Positions 42,561 to 62,518 of a stretch of 64,000 bases of DNA are shown here, piece by piece; position 1 is the stretch's first letter, and every line of letters begins with the position of its first letter. A program made the translations under genes and the position numbers. Below the pieces are notes generated by a model. That model was not told the origin of the DNA and did no database searches. It was given only the letters and a program-made list of their open reading frames with translations. The stretch lies in contig CAXHJY010000414.1 in assembly GCA_964016885.1 (NCBI GenBank), positions 125,632 to 189,631 on the forward strand. Reading direction: 5' to 3'. Source of the stretch: Eledone cirrhosa (lineage: Eukaryota).

Positions 42561-42950
42561 TATATATACACTCCCCCTCCCGCATCTATATTTTAATGTT
42601 CCGTTGCACCGTGAATATATGTGTCTATATATATATATACATATATATTGTATATACACATTCATGTATGTGTATACACACTCATGTATGTATATACACT
42701 GGTTTTATGTGTGTATTGTAAATTTGTACTGTTAAAACACGAAACTAACATTCGATTGACACTTTGATTACCTGTACAGGCAATAGTTATTAGAATGCTG
42801 TTGAAGTGTGTATATATTTTGGGGGGACATCCTGTATATACACACATTATATATAATACAATAAACAGATAAATACACACATATATATATGAGCTTATTT
42901 AATTATAAATATTGTGAATTTTTAACTCAGTTCAATTATATATATAAATG

Positions 42951-42993
42951 GCTTCTACAGGACTAGAACTGTTTCATTCGAAAGAAATCATCA
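42951..42993 (-). ncRNA. truncated hammerhead, same family as 11857-11906
   Basis: Minus strand UGAUGA-UUUC-uuuc-GAAU-GAAACAG..CUGUA-GAAGC; C3 and the 5' strand of stem I are missing. Confidence 0.5.
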
Positions 42994-43611
42994 TAATATT
43001 GAGAGGGGGGACTAGATAAAATATTTCAAATCAAATGTGTATAAGTTATAAGTTAAAATGTATAAATAGAGACGATAGTGGAGGTATATCTGTTTAGTGG
43101 AACAGTAGACGATAGAATTAAATACAGACGAGAATCTCCCTTTAATGAAACAGCAGACGATAGAATTAAGGCAATTTAAATTTTAAACATTTGCATTTTT
43201 GCCTTTCATCGTTACGGGGTCGATAAAATAAAGTACCAGTAATACACTGTCACTATAAGTAGACGACTTTCAAATTGAATTGTTGGTTCCATTTCTTTAG
43301 TATTTTCAATTGTAGTTATCTACTTAAAAAGCGTTACACGGTTAGAGACATAATTGGTAAGTTATATCTTCCCTATTAAACCATTGCATTATTTCGCCTA
43401 CAATAGAACAAAAATGAAATGTTCTTTAAAGAAACAGGAATATAACTTTATAAAAAAAAAAGTTGCATCCGCTACTTTTATCATTGATAATTTTTTCGTT
43501 TTAATATTAATTGTTTTTTGTAGTTGTTTATATTAAAAATCTTACTGTAATATTTACTTAAACGAAAGCAGACATCTAAACTTATAGATTAATCTTGAGC
43601 GAAGGACTAGA

Positions 43612-43744
<133 letters not shown>

Positions 43745-44248
43745 GAAGAATGATAACATTTCAAGCAAAGAGTTTAATTAGGTAATGACTTACAAATTTG
43801 TTTCAGTATATAGACAAAGCCTGAAGCGCTAATTATAATAATTAGTTAATAATATTACAAAATATATTAATATTATATTAAATATATACTGAAACAAATT
43901 TGTTTAGCAGAAAGTTTCCAGACAAGAAACACGCATATTTTGCTATCCTCAAACACGTTTACACATGGCATGAAATATAACTAATCCGAGATGGCTAGGT
44001 TTCATCTTCTAACTGGATAAACGAAATCCATTATGTCTTGACAACAACATGAGGTAACATTATGTTATTCACAGACACACTTTGTACACTGTTCCATATC
44101 AGAATGTATTTCCTTCGTCACATTCACAAACAGTATTGAAAATATGTTCTTCGGCAAATAAAAATGTTTTGTTCATAATATTTCAACTAGCGATTGCTCT
44201 ACTCCACGCACGACCACCATAAATTAATGACCAGCTCAACACAAGTAT

Positions 44249-44412
44249 TGGTAGAGCGTCAGACACCATGCGTTGCAGTATTGTTATGGTCCTTTGCATT
44301 CTAAGTTCAAATCCTGCCGAGGTTAACTTCGACTTTCATACTTACTAATTCGATAAAATAAAGTACCAGTAATGGACTGCCGTAATGGATTTGTGCCGAA
44401 AAATAGAAACAC
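44249..44412 (+). mobile_element. SINE family A copy (diverged)
   Basis: AAGTTCAAATCCTGCCGAGGTTAACTT and CGATAAAATAAAGTACCAGTAATG. Confidence 0.75.
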
Positions 44413-44966
44413 TATTAATGTGCAATAAGAGCAAAATATAACGACATTGCTCAATTATTTTATCTAATGTTGTAATAACACAAGGAAATGTTGTTTGTGT
44501 ATTTTTTTTTATATTTGCTCATAGGCTTTTACAATTTCGCTCAGCCAACAACTATTAAAAAGTGAGTTGCTTAAGATAACAATTTAATCACAAATTGTTG
44601 CTATCTTTTAATACACACCAACAAGTCATCAAATTATGTACAATAAAAACAAATCTTATTAATTTTCTCAGGGAATATAAAGAAAATGTATATACACTGA
44701 TAATTGCAATTGTATGTAAATATTTTGTATTTGTATTGTTTATTTTATGTCTTCTATTATGTATAATATATTGATTTAATATTGATTGTTTTTTGTAGTT
44801 GTTTATATTAAAAGTCTGAAAATATTTTTATACATCTTACACTAATATTATAAGATAATTTATAATAACAATTACATAATCTAATTACATTACAACGATA
44901 ATTTATTATTAATAAATATCCTGTTTAACTAGAGTTATTACAAGCGTTGCCTTAAAAAAATATTAA

Positions 44967-45928
44967 ACTAGACATGAAAAATGCGCAAGCTCAAAAGTGC
45001 CACAGAATGTTATAATAAACCTTCAAAAGTGTGGGACTAGAGTTGTTGCTAAAAAATATTGTAATCATTATATATCGTACATTCTGTGGCATCCTTTATA
45101 AAAATAGCTTAAACCAACGAAGCCTTTATTTTTACGCTATTTCACTTAGTTAATTCTTAGAGTGTAACATATAAAAATAAATACATCTATGTTTAATGTA
45201 ATAACAGCTATAAATAATTACGTAATATTATTATCATATACTCATAGTAACAAAATAATTGTGTTGAAAATTAATATGATGTTTATATGAACGATCAAAT
45301 CTATAATGATAATTTCTTAAATATACTAATAGTAAAATAATTTAGTTATCTATTGTTACATTTTCATAGAACTATAATATTAACAATCGTATTGCATTAT
45401 CAAATTTTTATCACTACAAACTTTCATATTGGAATTACCTTAAGCCACTTATTATTATATTACTTCGCTTTCGTACTTTTACAGCTGTAGATATTGCGCT
45501 GTATCTTATATCTAATATCAATATCTCATGGTAATTTGCATGCAGTGTAAAATAGGTTTATTAATAACTTTAATATGAAATGTATTATACAGGGCTGCGG
45601 AGTCGGCTAAAAATTGACTGGCTCCAACTCAGGATCCGATACTCCATTATTTCCTAAATTTCAGCTCCGCAGCTCTGTTATTATATTAATTAATTTATTT
45701 TATAGTTGTAAATCATATTTTTATATGTTACACTCTAAGAATTAACTAAGTGAAATAGCGTAAAAATAAAGGCTTCGTTGGTTTAAGCTATTTTTATAAA
45801 GGATGCCACAGTATGTACGATATATAATGGTTACAATATTTTTTAGCAACAACTCTAGTCCCACACTTTTGAAGGTTTATTATAACATTCTGTGGCACTT
45901 TTGAGCTTGCGCATTTTTCATGTCTAGT
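44967..45928. repeat. long inverted repeat, 213-bp arms (44967-45179 / 45716-45928)
   Basis: Arms are reverse complements with about two mismatches; 536-bp spacer. Confidence 0.9.
45590..45677. mobile_element. 88-bp hAT-like MITE
   Basis: Termini CAGGGCTGCGGAG / CTCCGCAGCTCTG; 8-bp flanks GTATTATA / TTATTATA (7 of 8 match). Confidence 0.7.
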
Positions 45929-47640
<1,712 letters not shown>

Positions 47641-47678
47641 AGATGTGAGGAAAACCACAGACCCTCCATCTCAACTCA

Positions 47679-47716
47679 CCTTTTGAAAAGCAGAAGAACT
47701 GCGAAACCGGTAAAGG
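47679..47716 (+). ncRNA. minimal type I hammerhead, U3-A8 variant
   Basis: CCUU-UUGAAAA-GCAG-aagaa-CUGC-GAAAC-CG-GUA^AAGG; perfect stems; lies in a 150-bp island within (TA)n. Confidence 0.85.
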
Positions 47717-47785
47717 AACCAAATAAATATATATATTTAAAAAAAAAATAAGACTTCAGTTGCATTTTCGATTTCATCTCTTTTT

Positions 47786-48346
<561 letters not shown>

Positions 48347-48383
48347 GTATATATATATATGTGTATATATATATGTGTATATA

Positions 48384-48429
<46 letters not shown>

Positions 48430-48488
48430 TATATATATATATATACATATAAATATATATATACATATAAAAATATATATACATATAC

Positions 48489-48538
<50 letters not shown>

Positions 48539-48599
48539 GTATATGTATATATATATTTATATGTATATATATATATGTATATATTTATGTATATATATG

Positions 48600-48657
<58 letters not shown>

Positions 48658-48702
48658 TACATATAAATATATATATACATATAAAAATATATATACATAT
48701 AC

Positions 48703-48750
<48 letters not shown>

Positions 48751-48823
48751 GTATATGTATATATATATGTATATGTATATATATATTTATATGTATATAT
48801 ATATATGTATATATTTATGTATA

Positions 48824-48906
<83 letters not shown>

Positions 48907-48915
48907 TTATGTATA

Positions 48916-48972
<57 letters not shown>

Positions 48973-48981
48973 TTATGTATA

Positions 48982-49022
<41 letters not shown>

Positions 49023-49047
49023 TTATGTATATATATGTATATATATG

Positions 49048-49087
<40 letters not shown>

Positions 49088-49095
49088 TATATGTA

Positions 49096-52000
49096 TGGCC
49101 GCCGCTGACACCAGACCAGGTGTCATACCGACAGCCATTACTGGCACCCCAAAAGTCACACCGGTGCTGCTGCTGAGTGTCAGGGGCCTGGTGAAACTCA
49201 GCAACATGAGTAAAATTTCCTACCTGGGAGACTTAGCCATAAGCAATCAAGCACTATGCATGGCACTAACCGAAACGCACCTGACAAGCAGTATAGCAGA
49301 TGCAGAAATACATATACCGAAATATACTGTATTTCGTTCGGACAGGAAGGAAAGAACTCATGGTGGGGTTGCTCTGTATATCCGTGAAGATGTCACACCA
49401 ATTGTACTGTTGACACATTGAAACTCAGTCTGTGACACACTGATAATACATATGAAGCAACTACAGACGGTAATATGTGTCACATATCGGCCGCCCGATG
49501 CTCCCAGTCATGAGGGTAAATTTGAGGATAGCCTAAGTAGGATAGAAGAGGTCCTTGACAAACTGGACCAGGGTCTCAACATCCTACTGCTGGGAGACTT
49601 CAACCTACCAAAGGTCAAATGGCCTGAGGGCCACCTCCTCCCTGGAATGACGTCAATAGAACAGAGACAGACGGAATCCCTGCTGGCCCTCACACACAGG
49701 CTGTTCATGGAGCAAGCAATACTCCTCCCAACAAGAGGCGAAAATGTCCTGGACCTCTGTTTTACAAACAACGAAGTGCTCATCCACAATGTAAAGGTGA
49801 CACCAACAATTCTCTCGGATCATAACTTGGTAGAGCTAATGATATGTGGTCCAAGAGAACCAACAGAGACAAAACCACCAAGAAGCTCCGGGACGCTATC
49901 CAGCCTTAACTTCTACGGGGCTGACTGGAAGAAGATTAAGAGTGAAATCCGGAAGCAAACATGGAGTGCAAACATCGCCACACAAGACACTAACACACAA
50001 TTTCAACACTTCATGACAACGATACACACCATATGCAAAAAGTGTGTCCCGGAGAAAGAGGCAAACAGACACAAAAATCTTATTCCCAGAGATAGGAAAA
50101 TCCTTATGAGACGTAGAACTAAACTCTCAAACCAGTTGAATAGTCAACAAAACCAAAACAAGAAGGAATCCTATTTGAAACGTGCACTACTTGACACCGA
50201 GATTGCACTCAAGCTTTCACATGAGAATGAGAGGGCAAGGAAAGAGAACAGGGCCATAGAAAACATTAAAACAAACCCTAAGGCCTTCTTTAAATTTGCA
50301 AAAGAAACTGCCTGAAGTACACTGCAAGATTGGACCACTCTTCCACACGGACGGTTCATTAACCGAAAATCCCCAAGAGATATGTGAAATACTGAACGAA
50401 CAGTACAAAAGTGTCTTCACATGTCCACTGAGGCACATGCAAATAACGAAGCCAGAAGAGTTCTTTGATGCCACAACACTACATCAAGAAATGGCAACCA
50501 TCAACCACATAGACATAACGGAGGAGGATGTGGTGTACGCCATTGATGAAATTTGAACAGACTCGGCTGCTGGACCTGATGGATTCCCAGCAGTTCTCCT
50601 AAAAATATGTAAGCGGGCCTTAGCAACTCCACTGAAGATGCTCTTCAGAAGCTCCTTGGCTAGCGGTGTACTACCCAGGGAGCTGAAAGAAGACACAATA
50701 TGCCCTATCCATAAAGGAGGTAGTAGAGCGGAGGCCAAGAACTATAGGCCAGTCTCCCTGACGTCGCATATCAGTAAGGTCATGGAGCGAGTCGTCAGAA
50801 AGAAACTAATCACTTTCCTCGAAGAAAATAACCGCCTGACTAGCACGCAACATGGCTTCCGCCCAGGAAGAAGCTGCCTTACACAGCTGCTACATCACTA
50901 CGACTGGGTACTGAGACAACTACTAGACAGCTCACATGTAGATGTGATATATCTTGACTTTGCGAAGGCCTTTGACAAGGTCGACCACGGAATGATATGT
51001 CACAAACTACACGGACTCGGCATAACTGGAAAAGTAGGTGAGTGGCTGCATGGCTTCCTAAGGGACAGAAGCCAGGCAGTCGCAGCAAATGGGGCCCTCT
51101 CGAGGGAAACACCGATAACAAGTGGGGTGTCTCAGGGGACAGTCCTGCGACCACTACTGTTTTTGGTGGCTCTCTCGGACATGCCCTCTGTGGTGCATGC
51201 AACAACATCCCTCACTAGCTATGCTGATGACACTAAGGTAGCACAGGCAATCAAAAACCCGGCTGACGCTGCCCTCTTACAGCAGGATCTGGATGCCATA
51301 TACAGATGGGCGGAAGAAAACAACATGCAGTTTAATGCTGGCAAATTCCAAGCCCTACAATACAAACCTGCAAACACAAACACAAATATAGCGGAACACA
51401 GCTACACAGGACCAGGAGGGACCGATATCCCCGTGTCAAAATCGATACGAGACCTGGGCATAGACATGAGCGATGATGCATCTTTTTCTTCACACATCAT
51501 GAAGGTGGCGACAGCATGTAGACGATTCGCTGGCTGGATCTTGAGGACTTTCCTTACAAAAGATCGAGACACCATGTTGACACTGTGGAGGACTTTTGTC
51601 CTAAGCCGCCTGGACTACTGCTCCCAGCTGTGGTCACCCCATAGTGTCAAACTAACCACAGAGCTTGAGGCAATCCAGCGAAGCTACACCAAGAGGATTG
51701 CCAAGATGAGGGAGACAAGCTACTGGGAGAGGCTGAAGGAACTGAACCTCTACTCCTTGGAGCGAAGACGGGAGAGATACGCAGTGATCTACATGTGGAA
51801 AATCCTGGAGGGACTAGCACCAAACTTTGGCATTGGGAGCTGGACCAACCGTCGAACAGGACGTCACTGTGTGGTGCCAAAGGTCCCGTCTTCCACATCT
51901 AGAATAAGGAGCAGGTATTGCAATAGCCTGGGATTCAAGGGCCCTCAACTCTTCAACAGGCTGCCTAGGCATCTGCGAGACTTGCATGACGTGGAGGTGG

Positions 52001-52213
52001 ATGTCTTTAAGAAAGATCTCGACACCTTATTATCCAGGATCCCGGATGAGCCCACAGCAAGACACGAGGGAAACCTAAGGGCAGCAGCAACAAACTCCCT
52101 CCTACACCAGTGGCCAACCTATACAGGCTGGAGATAAAATGTGTAGCAACAAGGGCGGTGCCCCAGCATGGCCTCAGCCGGATGGCTGAAACAGGTAAAA
52201 GAGTAAAAGAGTA
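49096..52213 (+). mobile_element. near full-length CR1/L2-type LINE ORF2 (APE endonuclease + RT), inactivated
   Basis: ALTETHL, GGVALY, YRPP, GDFN, LDL, SDH (APE); GPDG, NYRPVSL, QHGFR, YLDFAKAFDKVDH, YADD (RT); stops at 49419 and 50554, frameshift near 50310; (GTAAAAGA)n tail. Confidence 0.93.
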
Positions 52214-52303
<90 letters not shown>

Positions 52304-52364
52304 GTATATATATTTATATATATATGTATATATATTCATATATATACATATATGTATTTATATT

Positions 52365-52405
<41 letters not shown>

Positions 52406-52446
52406 GTATATATACATGTATATGTATATATGTATATACATATATG

Positions 52447-52477
<31 letters not shown>

Positions 52478-52502
52478 GTATATGTATATATGTATATACA
52501 TG

Positions 52503-52533
<31 letters not shown>

Positions 52534-52534
52534 G

Positions 52535-52568
<34 letters not shown>

Positions 52569-52571
52569 TAC

Positions 52572-52682
<111 letters not shown>

Positions 52683-52687
52683 TATAT

Positions 52688-52741
<54 letters not shown>

Positions 52742-52748
<7 letters not shown>

Positions 52749-53294
52749 TAAAAAAATAATGAATAAAACAATGAAACAGTTCCTTATATTAAACAAAAAA
52801 AGTTCATTATTTAACGATCGTTTCTAGGATATATATGTGTTAGAATTGGCATGCATATTCAACAGATCTATGTACAAAATTATACAAAATTATACAAACT
52901 ATCAAAATTAAATATACATACCAACACATATATGTGCCGTCTTCAGAAATAATGAAATATATTTATTGATAATAACAACAATTCAAAATTACAGGTCTGT
53001 TTGGGAACAGAGTTCAAATTGACCAATGAAAATACAAAAAGTTTATACAGTTAGGTGTGTGTATATATGTAATTAACTTCGTTCACAGGTATGCATAAAG
53101 ATATATGTTCACATGCATACGCATGCCAAAAAGGTGTATGTAAATACAAAAATTCAAGGCTAATGTCTCTGTATGAATATGCATGCCAATTCTAACACAT
53201 ATATATCCTAGAAACGATCGTTAAATAATGAACTTTTTTTGTAATAATATAAGGAACTGTTTCATTGTTTTATTCATTATTTTTTTTATATTTT
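52742..53294. repeat. inverted repeat, arms of about 120 bp (52742-52861 / 53174-53294)
   Basis: Arms are near-exact reverse complements and include the 3' half of the HHR below. Confidence 0.85.
52803..52956 (-). ncRNA. type I hammerhead-like motif with very long stem II
   Basis: Minus strand UUCAUUAUUU-CUGAAGA-[about 115-nt fold-back]-GAAAC-GAUC-GUU^AAAUAAUGAA; 10-bp stem I, palindromic ACGAUCGU; base of stem II imperfect. Confidence 0.65.
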
Positions 53295-53428
53295 ATCTTG
53301 ACTCTGTATTCCGTTTATCTTTCACCGAAAGTGATATTTCATTGCATCTCTTCTTTCCATGATATCCGGATTACATTGAGTTCTTCATACGGATTGGACA
53401 CTACCGTAAACTCTTGGTAGATTTATCT

Positions 53429-57980
<4,552 letters not shown>

Positions 57981-58599
57981 TGGGTATAACTAGGAGTTAC
58001 TGCAGGTTCACCCGGGTGAGCACTCAATGTTTAGGTTCACTTCTGTGATGATGTGTAGAAGCTATACAGAGTGTAAAATATAGAAAGGATGTCCACAACA
58101 CACATCGCCGTATGTCCATAAACGCTTTTCCCCCGCGTTCCCTATGTCACCTTTTAACGGTATTCGATCCGGTATATATATTTTTGTCCCTCACAACTCC
58201 ACCACCACACCACAAAACACAACTCCATACTTCATCAACACCGACAAAACATACCTCCACTCCCCAACCAACAATAGTGTGTGTGTCTGTGTGTAAGTAT
58301 TTTACTCATACGGGCGTTTTAAGTGTGCGTGCGTGTACGCACATTTATCTGTATGTGTGTGTGTATGTGGACACATGTGTATACATATGTCTATGTGTGT
58401 GTATATATATGTCTGTATATACATATATATATTTATGTGTATGCATGTGTGTATGTGTGTGTATATATGTATGTGTATGTATGTGTGTGTATGTGTACGT
58501 CTACATATATGTATATGGGTAAATTTGACTGTATGTGTAGGTAGGCTCATATATGTGCATGTATGTGTATATGTGCGTGTATGTGTAGGTGTCGGTACA

Positions 58600-58659
<60 letters not shown>

Positions 58660-59436
58660 CGCGTATACGTGTGTGCGAGTGTGTATGTGTATATCTTGCA
58701 TACGAGAGTCCATGTGCCCATACCCATGTGTATGTATGTGTATGTATGTATGTATATATGTAAAACACCTTCTACATCGCCTTTCACCTTCCCCCCATCT
58801 CTGTCGTTCGCCACCCCCACCGGTACTCCCCCACTCTCCATATTCGTTACCGCATGCGCGCATGCACATACATGTGTGTACATATACATATGGCTGTGTG
58901 TGAGCGTATGCAGATATGTGTGGGCAAGGATGTGCGTATGTGTTTTATGTTGTGTGTGTTTATACAACAATATATGTACACATATATACATATATGTGTG
59001 TACGTATACGTATATACAAGATATCTGTCAGACGAAGAGCGTCTAACTATGTATCTATGTAAGGACATGACGCCACCAATACATCCAGGCACTACTACCC
59101 CCCCCCCACTCCCACCCACACGCAACCCGTCTACTGACAATCCACTAACCTCATACCACAGCCCATCCCACTAAATAACCTTAACCACCACCATATCATC
59201 ACATCCACCCCCACATACTCTACACGCCAAGGCCAACCCACCACCACCACACCACAGCCCACCTCATCCACAGACCGTCACCAACATCTCACCATCACAC
59301 CCACCCCCATATGCACTACAGGCCAGTACATCGCCTTCATCCTTCTCACCAATCAAAACATCTCATTTTGTCAAACTCTTGAAACTCTGACTTTACCACA
59401 TAGCATATATTTCATTTTCTTATAGCATTTTAAGAG

Positions 59437-59511
59437 GGTCCGTCGAACAGCCGATTATTGAGCCGAGTAGGATCGAACCTTGAGCTTATCAGTGGCGAAA
59501 CGTGCGTCACC
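59437..59511 (+). ncRNA. decayed hammerhead-like remnant
   Basis: GGU-CCGUCGA...GGC-GAAAC-GUGC-GUC-ACC followed by AATAAA and (TA)n; the 5' core box has two mismatches. Confidence 0.35.
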
Positions 59512-59557
59512 TATCAATAAATGCAATGAAGGAAAAATCAATCGTCCTTTTTATCCT

Positions 59558-59684
<127 letters not shown>

Positions 59685-59732
59685 CATACATATATATATA
59701 TATGTATACATATATATATATATGTATACATA

Positions 59733-59765
<33 letters not shown>

Positions 59766-59787
59766 GTATACATATATATATATATAC

Positions 59788-59842
<55 letters not shown>

Positions 59843-59889
59843 CATATGCTCTGATCAGAGCAAACAGCACGGACACTCAATCTCAAAAT

Positions 59890-59928
59890 TATTTTGAAAA
59901 GCATTTAGAAATGCGCAACCGGTAAAAA
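59890..59928 (+). ncRNA. decayed hammerhead, U3-A8 variant (A13C)
   Basis: UU-UUGAAAA-GCAUUU-ag-AAAUGC-GCAAC-CG-GUA-AA. Confidence 0.55.
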
Positions 59929-60107
59929 CTTAAAAACTTAAAACCACAACTGAATACTAACCCATACAATCACTAATACTCTTTTATTCCTAATTAAACC
60001 ATTTTTCAACTGTGAACAATTTGTCAGCATTTTCTATTCCGTTTACCAATATATAATAACTTGTGTGTTACACCTCTATTCTTTTAACTATATATATATA
60101 TATATAC

Positions 60108-60150
<43 letters not shown>

Positions 60151-60188
60151 ATATTAATAAATGGAAACTATATTTATAAAACCATATT

Positions 60189-60253
60189 TATTTCATTATA
60201 TATATTTCAAGGATACCAAGTTAAATCATGGTATGCCTTCATCAGACAAAATA
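60189..60253 (-). ncRNA. type I hammerhead in an inverted pLTR-like segment upstream of PLE-D
   Basis: Minus strand UAUUUUGU-CUGAUGA-AGGcAUACCA...UGGUAUCCUu-GAAAUAUAUAUA^AUGAAAUA; flanks homologous to 30490-30590. Confidence 0.7.
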
Positions 60254-60289
60254 CAATATATAACAGTTTTACAAATAGATAATTGACGT

Positions 60290-62518
60290 ACCCTTTCAAA
60301 AAGGGTACGTCAATTCTTCTCTAAAAGACATACCTCTACCTAGGAATAAAGATTTTATTAAACAATTAATAGAAAAATCAGACTCCTTTATAAGAAGAAT
60401 CAGGTGGCGTGCTTTCCACTTCGATAAATCTAATCTCAATGAAAATGTTTCAAATCTGGATAAAATCTTCAAATCTAAAAAAAATCCACCCCCCAACAAA
60501 CTACTAATGGATTTTGAAAATGATAACATATCTATCATCCAAAGCATCAAATTCAAAAACAACTTCAAAGGCCAAGATTACTTAAGAGATATTAAGGATA
60601 AGATTGAAAACTTGGAGAAAACGGAGAAAATCCTAGTCAAGTCGGACAAAACTAATATCTTTACGGAATACAAAAGGACATTTATAACGACCTTATATTG
60701 AAGGAACTAAGGAAGAAATATAAAGTAGCAAATAAGGACGAACTTGAAAAACTGAATACAGATGCCTCTTGTATAATGCATGAACTAGACATTGAAAATA
60801 AAACACAACCTTTCATGCCAAGGAAACCTAAGATCAATATGAAGGATCATAAAATAAATTTTGAAAATGATTTACCAGTCAGATTAATTGCACCATCTAA
60901 ATCTGACCTGGGCAGACTTAGCAAAAATATTCTAGATAGAATAATACAACAAATTAAGAATTTACCTAATTTATCTTACTTAAAATTATGGAAAGGGACT
61001 AGTGAGGTTATCGATTGGTTTAAAGAAATTAAATATAACTATAATAATAAGTTTATTCAGTTGGATATTGCTAACTACTACTCATCTATCACTCCTAATC
61101 TACTGAATAAGGCACTAACTTACGCATTTAAACATACAGACCTAACTAGCAATGAAAAGCACATTATATTATCGGCACGGAAAACATTAATAGAATTTAA
61201 TAACCAACTCTAGACTAGGGCAGATATAAATAATAATTTCGACATAACTATGGGATCTTCAGACTCAGCTCAGGTAACGGACCTTGTGGGCCTTTTTATA
61301 ATTAATTCTCTACATAGAAAAATACCAGGGGTAACTGGAGGCTTATATCGTGACGACATGCTTTTACTTATAGAAAATAATAGCTGTGAACTAAATAGAA
61401 AAAGAAAACAAATTATACAATTTTTTAATTACCTTAATCTAAAAGTAGAAATAGAGAATAATCATAAAATAGTCAATTTTCTAGATGTAACACTAAATCT
61501 AAACACATGTCTTCATTATCCATTTCACAAACTAAATGAGAACTTAAATTATGTCAATTTTAACTCTAATCACCCCAGATCCGTTAAAAATACTAGTGAA
61601 CTCGGTTCAAGAACGAATCTCAAGAATTTCATCTAATAAGAATATATTTGATGAAAAAGCGCATTATTACAACGAAGCGTTAGGTAGAGCTGGGTATAGA
61701 AATAAAATTAAATACATCGATAATAATAATAATATACAAAATAACCAAAATAATAACAACTTTAATTATGGTAACAATTTCAACAACTATAATAGAAAAT
61801 ATTACAATAACTCCAAAAGCCGAAAAAGAAATAGAACAGGGAATATATTATGGTTCGCTCCTCCTTTCTCACTAAATATTAAAACCCCTATTGCTAAACT
61901 ATTCTTTAAAGCTCTTGACAAACGATTCCCTAGAACACATAAATATTACTCAATTTTTGATAGACATACTATAAAATTAACTTACTCTTCCACCAAAAAT
62001 TTAGCGCAAAATATTAATAGAATTAATAATAGAAATTTAAAACCTAACCAAAATACCAAGAATAATCCAAGCAATATTCAATCGAATAACTGTAACTGTA
62101 GAAATAAATCAAACTGTCCGTTAAATAACAACTGCTTAGCTAAAAATGTAGTTTATAATTGTAATGTTAAAACTAATTTAAATTCATTTAACTATGTCGA
62201 TTCTACCTCTACAGAATTTAAATCCCGCTTCAATAATCATAAAATTATTTTACAGATCCAAACAAAAAATTTTCAACTTTGCTATCTAGCCTATTATGGG
62301 ACCTAAAACGAGATAATGTTGAATATTCGTTGATTTGGAATATTATTTCAAAAGCTACTCCTTTTAATTCTTCTTCTGAAAATTGTGATCTTTCTGTAGA
62401 GGAAATATTTTTTATATTAAAGACCAAAAATTCCCTTAATTTAAGAAATAATTTATTCAGTTGCTGCAGACATAGATTGAACTCAACGTTTAAATATAAA
62501 TATAAATTTAAAATGTAG
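60290..62518 (+). pseudogene. Penelope-like element PLE-D RT + GIY-YIG (multiple frameshifts and stops)
   Basis: YVNSSLKDIP, KDHK..VRLIAPSKS, FIQLDIANYYSSIT, FDITMGS, GLYRDD, NFLDVTLNL, NHP, WFAPPFS, CNCRNKSNCPLNNNCL, FKSRFNNHK, SCCRHR. Confidence 0.92.

Noticed and set aside
43792-43903. 21-bp inverted repeat containing GAAACAAATTTGT, a possible half-hammerhead
   Set aside because: The repeat is real, but the candidate core CTGAAGC and stem I do not fit.
49419-50556. In-frame TGA codons in the LINE as selenocysteine or readthrough
   Set aside because: They coexist with a frameshift and damaged RT motifs (GVSQGTVLRP); ordinary decay is the simpler explanation.
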